Assembly (NCBI GenBank): GCA_951406725.2
Contig: OX597818.1
Location: 32,054,001 to 32,118,000 of the forward strand
DNA: 64,000 bases
Source: Octopus vulgaris
Taxonomy: Eukaryota
Direction: 5' to 3'
Part shown: one piece after another, positions 29,009 through 42,074 of the stretch
Position numbering within the stretch: position 1 is the first letter of the stretch
Layout: every line of letters begins with the position of its first letter
The notes under the pieces: model-generated
Database searches by the model: none
Seen by the model: only the letters and a program-made list of their open reading frames with translations
What the model was told of the DNA's origin: nothing
Position numbers and translations under genes: made by a program

Positions 29009-29068
29009 CTTCTACTTATAAATGTTCTAAAATCTTCACAGGCTTGGTTTTTTTATCTTATTCTGAAA

Positions 29069-29172
<104 letters not shown>

Positions 29173-29394
29173 ATGTTTGTGCATGTATGTGTGTGAGTGT
29201 GTGTGTGTGTGCCTTTACGTATCTTTCATGAAATTAATTTTGACTGTGACTTCAGAAATCGTCTGGCGGTTTACTCAAATTTGTTCATTTGAATAAACTA
29301 CTTGACACCTTGGTCTTTGTGCATCCACTACAGGTATGCAAATATAAAAAGTCAAATTGGCATTAAAACTGAATTTTATTTATCAACTGTATGC

Positions 29395-29442
<48 letters not shown>

Positions 29443-29792
29443 CATGCTGTGGGACTGAACTCAGAAACATGTTACTGGGGCGCAAACTTCTTATCACACA
29501 GCCACGAAATATTTAATACCCAACACCTGTTGTATATGAGACAATCTCAATCCTTAGAAAATTGCATTAAAGAAAAACGGATGTTTATACATTTTACAGC
29601 AAGAAGTATTAGGATTAAACTTTTCCAGCTGTTACAGTGATCAACTAACAACTAACCACATGATGGTCGTTCAAACCGTTAGAATTTTTTTGTCAAACCT
29701 CCTTTAATCCTTTTGGTACTCACCAAAGACCGCTTCCGGTTCTGTGACACAAACTGTCCATTTTAAAGTATGTTCAATATTTCAATTCATAT

Positions 29793-29960
29793 TGAGGCGA
29801 CGAGTTGGCATATTTGTTAGTAAGCCGGACAAGACACTTAGCATCGTTTCTTCCGGTTTTACGTTCTGAGCTGAAAAGCTGCCTAGACTAACTTTTGGGG
29901 TCGATAAAATAAGTACCTGCTGAACACTGACGTCCATGTAATCGTCTTACTCCTACTCTA
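29793..29960 (+). mobile_element. SINE family B, diverged
   Basis: aggcgacgagttggca..gttag...ggggtcgataaaataagtacc. Confidence 0.75.
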
Positions 29961-29971
29961 AAAAAAAAGTT

Positions 29972-30133
29972 TGACTGTGTGGTAAGTAGCTTGCTTACTA
30001 AACCACATGGTTCCGGGTTCATTCCCACTGCGTGACGCCTTGGGCCGACCAAAGCCTTGTGAGTGAATTTAGTAGCCTTGTGAGTTGATTATTTGGTACA
30101 TGGAAACTGAAAGAAGCCCGTCGTATATATTTG

Positions 30134-30217
<84 letters not shown>

Positions 30218-30420
30218 TGTGTGTCTCTGTTTGTCCCTCCAACATCGCTTGACAACCGATGCTGGTGTGTTTACGTCCCTGTAACTTAGTGGTTCGGCAA
30301 AAGAGACCGATAGAATAAGTACTAGGCTTTCAAAGAATAAGCTCTGGGGTCGATTTGCTCGACTAAAAGCGGTGCTCCAACATGGCTGCAGTCAAATGAC
30401 TGAAACAAGTAAGAGAATAA
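29972..30420 (+). mobile_element. SINE family A with a small internal deletion and duplication
   Basis: Family A homology; agccttgtgagt is duplicated at about 30053 and 30074. Confidence 0.9.
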
Positions 30421-30482
30421 AAAAATAGCCGAGTGTTAATATTTGAAACCAGTATTTAAATTATCTTGAAAATACCAGCTAA

Positions 30483-30650
30483 TATTGGTTTCAAATTTTT
30501 GGTACAAGACCAGCAACCTTGGGCAAAGTCTATTATATCGACTCCAGTGACCAACTGGTACTTATTTTATCCGCCCCGATAGGATAAAAGACAAAATCTA
30601 CCAACGTGGAATTTGAACTCACAACTTGCAGATAGATGAAATGCAGTTAA
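30483..30650 (-). mobile_element. SINE family B, diverged
   Basis: ggtttcaaattttt..caagaccagcaa...ctggtacttattttatc...ggaatttgaactc. Confidence 0.75.
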
Positions 30651-31065
30651 TATTTATGTTATTTTACCTATTTTACCTCAAATCATTAAATTCAAAATTA
30701 ACAAAAGCACATGATCAGCGTATTGCCTTACAAATATGGTCACAAACAGGGTTAACGATAATACACATTTCCACCTTTAATAAAAAAAATATGCGGGTAA
30801 GTCTATTTGGTCAGGGCTAAAAAAACAGCATCAATAATCTCAGTGTATGGGTCCTGATCTGTGCACAAGTTGAGCCTCACTAATCTTGAATGTATTAATC
30901 CACCAGCGTGGATAATTCAGGACGGTGATTTGAATCCAGGAGTCATTAATTTGTATAAGGGTCGCTTGAGATCTGAAGCAGATATGGAGCAGTGATATGT
31001 GAGGGCATGTCATGATAAGGCCACGAATGGCAACAAAAAGGCTTTGACAAACCCAACTAACTGAT

Positions 31066-31290
31066 TGCTTGCTTGACTGAATTATTTTACTATTATGGCC
31101 GGGTCCAACCCGGACCGCAGCAACAAAGTCTAGCGACCACACTTCTCGGTCCATCATCACTGCCTCGATGTTCTGGATACATTCCAGTTGTCGTTATGAG
31201 TTTGACGACCTTGTCCTCTTCTTACATCACCATAAAGTGGGTTCCACAAGACTAATTTGAATGCTTCCAGTTCAGGGTGAATGATTGACT
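31066..31290 (-). mobile_element. RTE-like LINE 3' end
   Basis: HPELEAFKLVLWNPLYGDVRRG...MMDREVW resembles the RTE-group C-terminus (LVLW.P..G.R.RG...M.DR..W). Tail (AAGC)n. Confidence 0.68.
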
Positions 31291-31298
31291 GAATGAAG

Positions 31299-32169
31299 TG
31301 AAATAGAAGTGAAATAGTTTCAATGCGTGTGGTTATTATTGACATAATGACCCTCCTGAAATACACTATTTGTTGAAACAGAAGTGAAATAGATTCAATG
31401 CGTGTGGTTATTATTGACATAATGACCCTCCCGAAATACACTATTTGTTGAAACAGAAGTGAAATAGATTCAATGCGTGTGGTTATTATTGAAATAATGA
31501 CCCTCCTGAAATAAACTATTTGTTGAAATAGATTCAATGAGTGCGGTTATTATTGACATAATGACCCTCCTGAAATAAACTATTTGTTGAAATAGAAGTG
31601 AAATAGATTCAATGCGTGTGGTTATTATTGACATAATGACCCTCCTGAAATACACTATTTGTTGAAATAGAAGTGAAATAGATTCAATGCGTGTGGTTAT
31701 TATTGACATAATGACCCTCCTGAAATAAACTATTTGTTGAAACAGAAGTGAAATAGATTAAATGCGTGTAGTTATTATTGACATAATGACCCTCCTGAAA
31801 TACACTATTTCTTGAAATAGAAGTGAAATAGATTCAATGAGTGTGGTTATTATTGACATAATGACCCTCCTGAAATAAACTATTTGTTGAAATAGAAGTG
31901 AAATAGATTCAATGCGTGTGGTTATTATTGACGTAATGACCCTCCTGAAATAAACTATTTGTTGAAATAGAAGTGAAATAGATTCAATGCGTGTGGTTAT
32001 TATTGACATAATGACCCTCCTGAAATAAACTATTTGTTGAAACAGATTGAATGCGTGTAGTTATTATTGACATAATGACCCTCCTGAAATACACTATTTG
32101 TTGAAACAGAAGTGAAATAGATTCAATGCGTGTGTTTATTATTGACATAATGACCCTCCTGAAATACAC
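31299..32169. repeat. 75-bp minisatellite, about 12 copies, two of them 64-bp variants
   Basis: Unit tgaaatagaagtgaaatagattcaatgcgtgtggttattattgacataatgaccctcctgaaatacactatttgt. Confidence 0.96.
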
Positions 32170-32759
32170 TCAGATAAAATCTTTCTATTTTCATTACCTC
32201 AATTGATGGGAAAATAACCAAAAACTAAAATATTTTAACCTTACACCTAATATATCTGAAACGATAAATTAACGCTTCGCCTTATGCTAATGTTTACATG
32301 AAAAGCTATCATTTTTCGATGTAGAATAAAGTGAAATGAGGTTGAAAATGTAAGTACACACTCTGTCAGTAGTAATTCAATGCTCACTTCATCTTTAATT
32401 TACCTCAACATGTAATGTGTTACGGCGTAAAGAGGAGTACGAGAGTCGAGTGTCAGAGTAGAAACGACACTCGTCTAATGATTACGAAACTGCCAACGCA
32501 TCTACAAACGAAGGAAATTATATTTCCAACACTAATTATCTATCTAGTTGTTTATTTATTTATTTATTTATTTGTTTATGTATTTATTTATTTGTTTATA
32601 TTTTTATTCAGTCATCCATTTGTTATGTATATATATAGTTTTCCGAAACTAACTACACTTGCTAACAATAAATAAATAAATAAAACTACTCAGTTTGTTT
32701 CTCGATTCAAATTACATCGATTAAAACCATAAGGAAAGACGTCTTTATGAATATATCAT

Positions 32760-32805
32760 ACTATTTCTGCTGCTACAACCACCACCACCACCACCACCAC
32801 CACCA

Positions 32806-32870
<65 letters not shown>

Positions 32871-32887
32871 TCCTGCTACTGCTGCTG

Positions 32888-32947
<60 letters not shown>

Positions 32948-33020
32948 TCCTGCTGCTACAACCACCACCACCACCACCACCACCACCACCAGCACTACTA
33001 CTACTACTACTACTACTACA

Positions 33021-33068
<48 letters not shown>

Positions 33069-33075
33069 GCTGCTG

Positions 33076-33108
<33 letters not shown>

Positions 33109-33181
33109 TCCTGCTACTGCTGCTGCTGCTGCTACTACTACTACTACTACTACTACTATCCTGCTACTGCTGCTGCTACTA

Positions 33182-33214
<33 letters not shown>

Positions 33215-33331
33215 TCCTGCTACTGCTGCTGCTGCTGCTGCTACTACTACTACTACTACTACTATCCTGCTACTGCTGCTGCTGCTACTACTACTACTAC
33301 TACTACTACTATCCTGCTACTGCTGCTGCTG

Positions 33332-33362
<31 letters not shown>

Positions 33363-33402
33363 CACTACTATCCTGCTACTGCTGCTGCTGCTGCTGCTGC
33401 TG

Positions 33403-33435
<33 letters not shown>
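32760..33435. repeat. Higher-order compound microsatellite (CTA/CTG/CCA)n
   Basis: Recurrent tactatcctgctactgctg punctuation within CTA runs; tgctgctacaaccaccacc occurs twice. Confidence 0.93.
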
Positions 33436-34205
33436 GCTGCTTATAAGCACAGAGAGACGGATAGCATGAATGACTAAAGGAAGAGTGTTAATAAGTAGAC
33501 TGCTTGTACACTTACACATTACTTATTTGTGTGTTGTAGATATAATGGAGATAAAACGTTATTTAATTCAATTTACGAAGCGAATTTTAAGAATGGCCAA
33601 TGACATACACAAACACACACACACACACACAGACACGCACACATCAACAAGAACTGGTACATTTTCAATCACGTGATATTACTGTTTACACCACCAACAT
33701 CGCCACCAACACTATGGTGACTTTCTACATCGTTACTCGACCTGCTAGAATTAGTAACCAAATCGGCTTTCATACAAAAGAACATGTTGAATGGTGTGAT
33801 CATGAGTTTCCTACTCGTAGAACAATTATGGGATGGTCACGGTCGGAACATTTTTTTTTCAATGATAGGCTTATTCAACCAAGGTTGATCTAGAACTAAT
33901 CAGTGGCAATAAACATGGTAGAAAGAACAGCGTGGTTTGCCTCAAATTATTCCCTATATAATTAACAAGGGCAGGAGCATATAAGACAATAACGTCTAGA
34001 ATAGGGATTGAATACTCTTGATAAGAGTTCAATCTGTTTGTCTGTCTGTCTACAAAAATTGGAGAAACCCCTTCGTGGTTATCGATAAGCTTGAAATAGC
34101 AACCAAATTTCCTTCAAATTATACTCTTCTCTCAGGTCGATTTAGCATTTAACACAAGCAACAATAAATATTACAATGGATGGGGGTCTCGTACATTATC
34201 ACTCT

Positions 34206-34276
<71 letters not shown>

Positions 34277-34369
34277 GTGTGTGTGTATGTGTGTGTGTGT
34301 GTGTGCTTGCGCGTGTGTGCGTTTATAAAGTTGTATCACAGAATTCTGTTGAAGATATAACCATATTTA

Positions 34370-34780
34370 GGGCGTTGGAGTGGCTGTGTGGTAAGTAGCC
34401 TGCTTAAGAACCATATGGTTCCGGGTTCAGTCCCACTGCGTGGCACCTTGGGCAAGTGTCTCCTACTATAGCCTCGGGCCGACCAAAGCCTTGTGAGTGG
34501 ATTTGGTAGACGGAAACTGAAGGAAGCCCGTCGTATATATGTATATATATATATATATGTATTTGTGTGTATGTTCGTGTGTCTGTTTTGTCCCCTCAAC
34601 ATCGCTTGACAACTGATGCTGGTTAGTTTACGTCCCCGTAACTAGCGGCTCGGCAAAAGTGACCGATAGAATAAGTACTAGGCTTAAAAAATATAAGTCC
34701 TGGAGTCAATTTCCTCAACTAAAGGCGGTGCTCCAGCATGACCACAGTCAAATGACTGAAACAAGTAGAAGAGTAAAAAA
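34370..34780 (+). mobile_element. SINE family A, full length
   Basis: Head-to-tail homology with the other copies. Confidence 0.92.
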
Positions 34781-34924
34781 GTATATCCTCTACGGGATGT
34801 ATTGTTTCACATTCGTCTGACATAAATTTACGTACGTAAATGCACACAATCCCATTCCCTCACACACATATTGTGTTAGAGTGTAATATATTGTATGTAT
34901 GTATATATGTACGTATGTATTTAT

Positions 34925-35090
34925 ATATAGTTTATCCAAACATGAAAACACAAAGAGAAAGCACAACAACGCTAGGGCGTGGAACAAGTATAGTGTTATT
35001 GGACGCACAGGAAAGGAAAGAAAGGAGCATTTAACGTTTAGAACGGAGCTCTTCGTCAGAAACATAGGAAAAGAAAAGATCCAAGGAGGT
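34925..35090 (-). mobile_element. PLE terminal-repeat-like fragment with decayed minimal hammerhead (35030-35062)
   Basis: Minus strand ttt-CTGACGA-a-gagc-tcc-gttc-TAAA-cgt-t-aaa. Organisation parallels 49513-49670 and 53361-53490. Confidence 0.62.
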
Positions 35091-35091
35091 G

Positions 35092-35125
<34 letters not shown>

Positions 35126-35182
35126 TGTATGTATGTATGTATGTATGTATGTATGTATGTATGTATGTAGGTATGTATGTAT

Positions 35183-35500
35183 AGAGTCATCTTCGTAGTC
35201 ATAAAGCGAGACAGATGAGTGACAACCTGGCCACTGGTGATGGTGTTACACACCATTCTAATCATATCTGTCAGGCATGTGGAAGACAGTGTAATTCGGC
35301 AGGAGGACTTAAACGACATGCAAAGGTACATGACGCCCAGTTATAACTACAGCCGCTACTGCCGGTAAAGGTTTTAGCTGCCAATTCTGTACAAGGCATT
35401 GTAGATCTTTAGCTGGGCTAAAACGTTATATTCGATCACAGCACCAATAACAGTTAAGCTTCGTGCAATGGTCATACTCGATAACGAGGGGTCAGCCATC
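35183..35500 (+). mobile_element. RTE-like LINE 3' end with tandem C2H2 fingers, in (TGTA)n
   Basis: SHLRSH, CQACGRQCNSAGGLKRHAKVH and (frameshifted) CQFCTRHCRSLAGLKRYIRSQH. Short 3' UTR, then (TGTA)n. Confidence 0.68.
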
Positions 35501-35996
35501 ATGTATGTATGTGTGTATTAGTGCGGCATTCCAAAACAACTTCGAAGCTAGTAAGTAGAATATATACTGCAGGTCCCAGATTCCCTCCGTAAAACAACTT
35601 AGAAAATAGTTTCTGAATACAATTGGAGATTTTGCCGATCGGAACATTGTACTAAGAAAGTATCAAAGATGAGGAAAATAGACTGAAAGACGTATGTCGA
35701 CAATGGAATCATTATCATCTCCATCAGCACCACGAAGAAAAGAAGTAAAACCACAAAAGGAAGATGTTTTTAATTTACTGAAGAAAGAATTGTTGTAGAT
35801 TGTCTGTTGACAAAAAAAAAAAAAAAACAGCAAAAGAAAAGAAAAGAAAGGAAAAGGAAAAAAATAGAGACGGAGCTAAACCATGTAATTAAAGTAAAAT
35901 ATTTGTTTGCTTTCAATATGTTTTATTCATGAAGTGAAATTACATACATACAGCCATGACACTTCTGACTTCGTCTCTATCGTTTTCTTGTTTTAC

Positions 35997-36128
<132 letters not shown>

Positions 36129-36174
36129 TTATCTATCTATCAATCTATCTACCCTTATTTTCTCTTTTTCCATC

Positions 36175-36211
<37 letters not shown>

Positions 36212-36563
36212 AGTTTCTCTATTTTCTGATCTTTATTTCATCATCATCTCTCTGTAATATTTCTCGCTACGTATCATTCACATGATTCCATTTCTATATG
36301 TATCTTTCTATTCTTCTCACTCCGCTTCCTTTTTTTCTTCTTCTCTCTCCTTCTCTCTGTCTCTGTCTATCTCTCTCTCTTTTTCTCATTCTCTCTGATA
36401 CTCTCTCGATCGATTACTTATGCCTGAGTCCTCCGACATACTCACTAATCTATTAATTCTTTATTCATTCCTAACATTTGTCATTTCATTCATTATATGT
36501 ATATATGTGTATTTGTGCGTGTGTGTGTGTGTGTTTGTCTGTATGTGTGTTTGTGTGTATGTG

Positions 36564-36595
<32 letters not shown>

Positions 36596-36863
36596 CTTGT
36601 GTGCTTGTGTGTGTGTGCATGTGTGCGCACATGTATGTATTGCGGATGTGTGCGTGCACAAGACAACGAGAAACTACGTAATGCACAGAGTGAAATAATA
36701 ACGGCAACTAAAGCCTAGGAGATTACACCATATTTGTCCGCAATCTTGCTTTTCGTTGTAACTATTCGTTATATTATAAATTACAATCGCGTATTTAAAC
36801 ATACACATACATGCATACAAACATACATACATACATACATACATACATACATACATACATACA

Positions 36864-36897
<34 letters not shown>

Positions 36898-36976
36898 CAT
36901 ACATACATACATACATAAATACATATATATTTACATATATACATACATACTTGCATTCATGCATACATACATATAT

Positions 36977-37100
36977 TCAGAGACCGGTATGCATGGGTGA
37001 CTGCTGGTCTTCCATAATCAACCTTGCCCGTACTTGTGCCTGGGAGGGTAACTTTCTAGGTGCAATCCCATGGTCTGTGTCATGACCGAAGGGGGTTTCA
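36977..37100 (+). mobile_element. Unclassified retroposon-like 3' fragment within (TACA)n
   Basis: GC-richer 125-bp island between microsatellites. No second copy in the window. Confidence 0.4.
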
Positions 37101-37144
37101 GACATACATAACATACATACATAAATACATACATTCATTACTTT

Positions 37145-38868
37145 CTGTATACCCTTTGTCATTCCTGCTAAGGAAGTCTAAAGGATATCTCACTGGTTCA
37201 CTAGGAAACATAAATACCAAAATTACACACCGTTACTTTGTGGATGACTTAAAACTTTATGCAAAGAATATGCTTGAGATGGCAAAGAGCCTTGTCCTAG
37301 ATACAATTTTCTCAATGGATGTAGGGTTGGAGTTTGGTCAGGATAAATGTTGTTATACGATGGTGAAAAAGGGGAAAACTATAAACCAGACTAGTAACAT
37401 CTCCATCAATGATTGACTGTTTCCCCTGTATCTGACGAGCAGTGTTACAGGTATCTAGGGGTGGATGAAAACATATCTTACCATGGCACCTGTAACAAAA
37501 CACGTGTCACTAATGAATATTACAGCCGAATAAAGAAAATTTGAATCTCAGAACTCTTTGCATTCAATAAAACAGTGGATCACAATGTGTTCGCAGTGCC
37601 AGTATTCGGGTTGCTTAATTGAACGCTTGATGAGATCCGAGCCATTGATGTGAAAACTCGAAAAATACTAACAAGCAAACGTAATTTCCACATAAACAGT
37701 GACGTAGACCGCCTCTACCTAAAACGAAAACAATGTGGCAGAGGTTTAACATTGATCCAAAATGCCTTTGAATGTCGCATCATATCTCTTCGGCACCATC
37801 AATTAACCACCAAGTATCAAAGTGCATCCCTTGACCAAGTTTGCATACATGAGGCTGTTAACATCATACGACTTGGAAGACAGTTTCTTGAGCAACACTG
37901 TCTGATAATCTAGAAACATACCCAAAGAAGTCGCACGATTCTACCACAATGAATCATTAGATGAAAGGATGAACCTATTTGAGCAGAAGACTATGCATGG
38001 ATATGTTACTAGAACGCTCCGTGGTGATAGTAACATCGATCATCAAAGCAGTCTATCATGGACGAATAGCCGGATTACTACCTCCCACTTTGAAAGTTAT
38101 GCGTTCGCAATCCAGTAACAGGAAATATCAACCAAATACCTGATGCACAAAAGGGATAGAGATGCAGGAAAAGCAGTAAAATGTGACAACCGATGCAGAC
38201 TTTGTGTAGTACACACTGAAGATATCACCCACGTCATAAGCTGTTGTCCGAAAATGTCATCACAGTATTATCTACCGATGAGACATGATGTTAAAGCTAG
38301 GACACTCTATAATGAAATCCGTCAAAAGGATAATCACAAGGATAAAGAAATAAGAACCCGCAATATGGTAGAAGCCATAGTCACTCATAATAAAAAGGAG
38401 TACTGGTGCAGTGTACCTGTGAAGACCTCAATAAAATGTAAGCACAACAGACCTGATATAATGGTTTTGGACAGAGAAGAGAAACTATGCACAGTTGTGT
38501 AAATTAGCTGCCCAGCAGTTATTAACATAAAGCTGAAGATCAGAGAAAAACAGAAAACCTATGCTGAACTATTGAGAAATTTGCTGTTACTGTATCCAGA
38601 TTACGAGTTCAGGTTTATGCCTGTAATTATTGGGGCCATGGGATATGTAACACACTGCCTAAATACCAATGTTGAGAAATTAGGCTTCTCAAAACCAGAA
38701 AAGAGAAACTGGAACTGTAAAAGATCTCTAAAACTTTGCAGAAGTTTATCATTTAAATATATTTTAGCATGTATAGATACGTCACTATATGCATGAGAAT
38801 ACATACATAAAACATACAAATCTGCACATACATACATACATACATACATACATACATACATACATACA

Positions 38869-38902
<34 letters not shown>

Positions 38903-39087
38903 CATACATACATATATAAATACGTACATACATATACATACATACATACATACATACATACATACATACATACAAACAAACATACCCTGTTGTTGATGCT
39001 GAAAGTCCAATGAAGAACCTTGAATCTAGGTTAGAAACCGGTTCTTTCTCCTTTGGCAAGAAATCTTGAAATAAACTGAATAATAAC
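37145..39087 (+). mobile_element. 5'-truncated RLE-type LINE in (TACA)n; RT, CCHC and RLE pseudogene, with probable 3' UTR
   Basis: THRYFVDDLKLY, GLEFGQDKC, FHINSDVDRLYLKRKQCGRGL, QEISTKY, CRLC..EDITHVISCC, RHD, HNRPDI, FMPVIIGAMG. Flanked by (CATA)n. Confidence 0.9.
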
Positions 39088-39104
39088 ATACATACATACA
39101 TACA

Positions 39105-39135
<31 letters not shown>

Positions 39136-39147
39136 GTACACAAAATC

Positions 39148-39272
39148 ATACCATGATGATGTTGAAATTCCAATGAAGGAGCCTTGGCTCTAAGTTAGAA
39201 ACCGGCTCTCTCTCTCACTCTCTCTCTCTCTCTCTGTTGGCAAGAAATCTTGAAATAAAACTGAATAATGAT
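39148..39272 (+). repeat. Second copy of the 38981-39087 terminal segment
   Basis: ccaatgaag..ccttg..tcta.gttagaaaccgg...ttggcaagaaatcttgaaataaa.ctgaataat occurs twice. Confidence 0.85.
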
Positions 39273-39274
39273 AG

Positions 39275-39655
39275 GCTTCCCAACCATATGGTTCCAGGTT
39301 CAATCCCAATGCGTGCACCTTGGGCAAGTGTCTTCTACTACAGCTTCGGGCCGACTAAAGACTTGTGAATGGATTTGACCGGTGGAAACTGAAAAAAGCC
39401 CGTTGTGCACATATATATATATATGTATATACATTTTTGTGTGTCTTTGTGTCTATGTTTGTATCCCCACCATCGCTTCTTGACAACCGACGTTGGTGTA
39501 TTTATGTCCCCGAAATCTAACGGCTCAGCAAAAGAGACCGATAGAGTAAATACTAAGCTTACAAACAATAAGTCCTGGGGTCGATTTGTTCGACTGAAGG
39601 TGGTGCTCCAGAATGGCTGCAGTCAAATAACTGAAACGCGTAAAAGAAAAATAAA
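39275..39655 (+). mobile_element. SINE family A, 5'-truncated and diverged
   Basis: Family A homology. Confidence 0.85.
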
Positions 39656-39944
39656 AGGAAAAGAATACATACATTTATATTTATTTTATTTTCATAAAAC
39701 ATTTTCGTTATCCACCGACATTACTATTAGTTGAATGAAGCAATGTCGTAGCTTGAATTCGATTTAAACGTTCTTTTTGCTAGCGTTTATAAACTGGGAA
39801 GTTTTCAGATGTTCGGTTGGAAATTCACTAATTTTGAATAGCCTTGATGATGTATTAACATATATTTTCGAGGATATTAATATTAATGATATTTTCTATA
39901 TGTATATTTATGCATATGTACATGTGTGTGCGGCGCGTATATAT

Positions 39945-40016
39945 AAGTCTGAAAATATATATGAAAAGGTATTTTCGAAAAATAAATCGAAATGAAAATT
40001 TACTGGTTTTGATTCA

Positions 40017-40064
<48 letters not shown>

Positions 40065-40130
40065 TGAATCAAAACCAGTAAATTTTAATTTATTTTTCGA
40101 AAATACCTTTTCATATATATTTTCAGACTT
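39945..40130. repeat. Inverted repeat (about 70-75 bp arms) centred on (TA)n
   Basis: aagtctgaaaatatatatgaaaaggtattttcg...ttcaggca (TA)n tgcctgaa...cgaaaataccttttcatatatattttcagactt. Confidence 0.93.
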
Positions 40131-40171
40131 TTAAAATAACATTCGATATATTATACAAACTTTACCTTCTC

Positions 40172-40263
40172 CATCTCTGACGAGCGGAAGTACCGTCTAT
40201 CAATGTGTATCAATAATGGATTCCATTATAATGACAACACTTTCGCGAAACGATCGTAAGAGG
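40172..40263 (+). ncRNA. Type I hammerhead ribozyme motif with canonical core and long loop II
   Basis: catct-CTGACGA-gcggaagt[~47 nt]actttcgc-GAAA-cgatcg-TA-agagg. Palindromic stem III ACGATCGT; GUA cleavage triplet. Confidence 0.8.
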
Positions 40264-40505
40264 CATTAATTACCAAACTTTTAGACTTTCCTATATTTAC
40301 ATATATTTGTAATACAATACTACTTTAAACACATATATAAAAAAAAAATTTTGATATTAAATTTCATGCTATTATTTCAAAATATAATATATATAATCGC
40401 TCATATTGAATATCTAAATACCTTATAGTGTAAATATTTTTGACACTTTATATAAAGAGCACTAATTCTAAATCCAGTATATAATATTCTCACAGAATAT
40501 ATTCA

Positions 40506-40544
<39 letters not shown>

Positions 40545-41539
40545 TGCAATAAAAACAATCGTCGGCTTTATAAGGTGAGATCCATAATAAAGATATTTTC
40601 TCTGTACGTTTCTATTTATTTATTAATTTTGTTAATAATTGCTCGAAATTCTGCAAAAGGACGTTTGGATTTACCTGTCATGTTAATACATACCCCAGGA
40701 TTAACCTGGGGTATGTATTCTACTTACATTTACTGATATCTGATTGTAGAACATTTATAACCAAATTCTTTTAATACTGAGTGCTTTATTGATATCTCCC
40801 AGGATTTTTTAATCCCATTTTTCTTCTAACTATATATATATATATATATGTATATGTGTTTGTGTGTGTCTGTGTGTGTGTGTATATATCTACACACACA
40901 CACATATATATATACATATATATATATATACACACACATATATATATATACATACATACACACACGCACACACATATTACTGCTTCGAATCTATGCAGGG
41001 TTCCAGAACTTCAGGCTCGAGTCGAATAGAACAAACTACTCCAAATCCTCGCGATATTATACCTTGTGGAGAGAATTAAGAATGGATAGCTTCTAATGGT
41101 ATAAACTTGTATAATGTATAATAACGAAGCCAAACTAAATAATGATATGTCCGATGCATTTGATACGTAGTTTTCAAGTAATTGCTCAACAGATGAAAGG
41201 GGAATTCCATCTCTTATGCGAAATCTTCCTCGGTTAAAACATGAAATTACGAACTAACGAATGGAATTTGCTCTTTCTATATGGTCGGGCAATTTAAGCT
41301 GCCTACTAGATGAGGAGCAGATGTAGTCAGGAGAGATGGAATATCTACAGAAAGTGAGAGAGAGAGAGAGGGGGGGAGGAGAGAAAAGAGAGGAAAAAGG
41401 ATTGGTAGTGTAGGTATGACAGAGGAAAGGTATCAGGATAGAGAAAAGAGAGATGGAGCCACATGGCAGAAAGGGAAAAGTCCAACTAAGTAGGACTAAA
41501 CAAATAAATGAGGATACCGACATAACTGAAAACATAATT

Positions 41540-41740
41540 ATCACTTCAAATTTTGGCACAAGGCCGGTAATTTCTTGAGAGGGGCTAAGACGATTACATT
41601 GACTTCAGGAACTTGTCGATCTCAAAAAGATAAAAGGCAAAACCAACCCCGGTGAAATTTGAACTCAGGTTGCAAAGACGGACGAAATGCCGTTAAGTGA
41701 TTTGTCTGGTGCGCTACTGAAGCCGCCAGCTCGCCGCCTT
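41540..41740 (-). mobile_element. SINE family B
   Basis: ttcaaattttggcacaaggcc ... gccagctcgccgcctt. Confidence 0.82.
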
Positions 41741-41900
41741 GGTAACATTCGTAATAATAAGAATATGCATTTTTAATTTTGTGGCTTAGTTTTTGCAATA
41801 GTCTTCAAATTTCTAGAATGGAATCCCAGAGAAATGAAAGCTAATATTAATTTGGACGGAATTTGAAGTCTGAAGCAAGGAAGAATGATGATCCTAATAA

Positions 41901-42072
41901 TTGCTTGCTTCATGCTCTGGGGTCATCCTTGGTTGGTGGCCCCAGAGGTGTCATCGTGCGTAGAGCCGACCAGGACCGCCAGTCTCCCCATCGCTGGCAG
42001 TCCCGTGCCAGCCCCTCTGCATCCTTCCAGATGACGTCTAACCTCTGGAGATTATCCATAAAATCCTTTCTA
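41901..42072 (-). mobile_element. RTE-like LINE 3' end
   Basis: RKDFMDNLQRLDVIWKDAEGLARDCQRW resembles the RTE C-terminus (W..A..LA.DR..W). Tail aagcaagcaa, as at 31066. Confidence 0.62.
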
Positions 42073-42074
42073 AA

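Larger units (their letters stand above)
29708..30751. mobile_element. Possible old piggyBac-like MITE with three nested SINEs
   Basis: ttaa|tccttttggtac ... ggtcacaaacaggg|ttaa. TTAA on both sides and degenerate CCCT-type ends. Confidence 0.35.

Noticed and set aside
31299-32169. Regular repeat array resembling CRISPR or a repeat protein
   Set aside because: There are no unique spacers, no cas genes, the context is eukaryotic, and 11-bp deletions break the frame.
40685-40719. Perfect 15-bp-stem hairpin aatacataccccagg-attaa-cctggggtatgtatt as a miRNA or terminator
   Set aside because: It is too short for a pre-miRNA and has no supporting context. It is more likely a small fold-back duplication.
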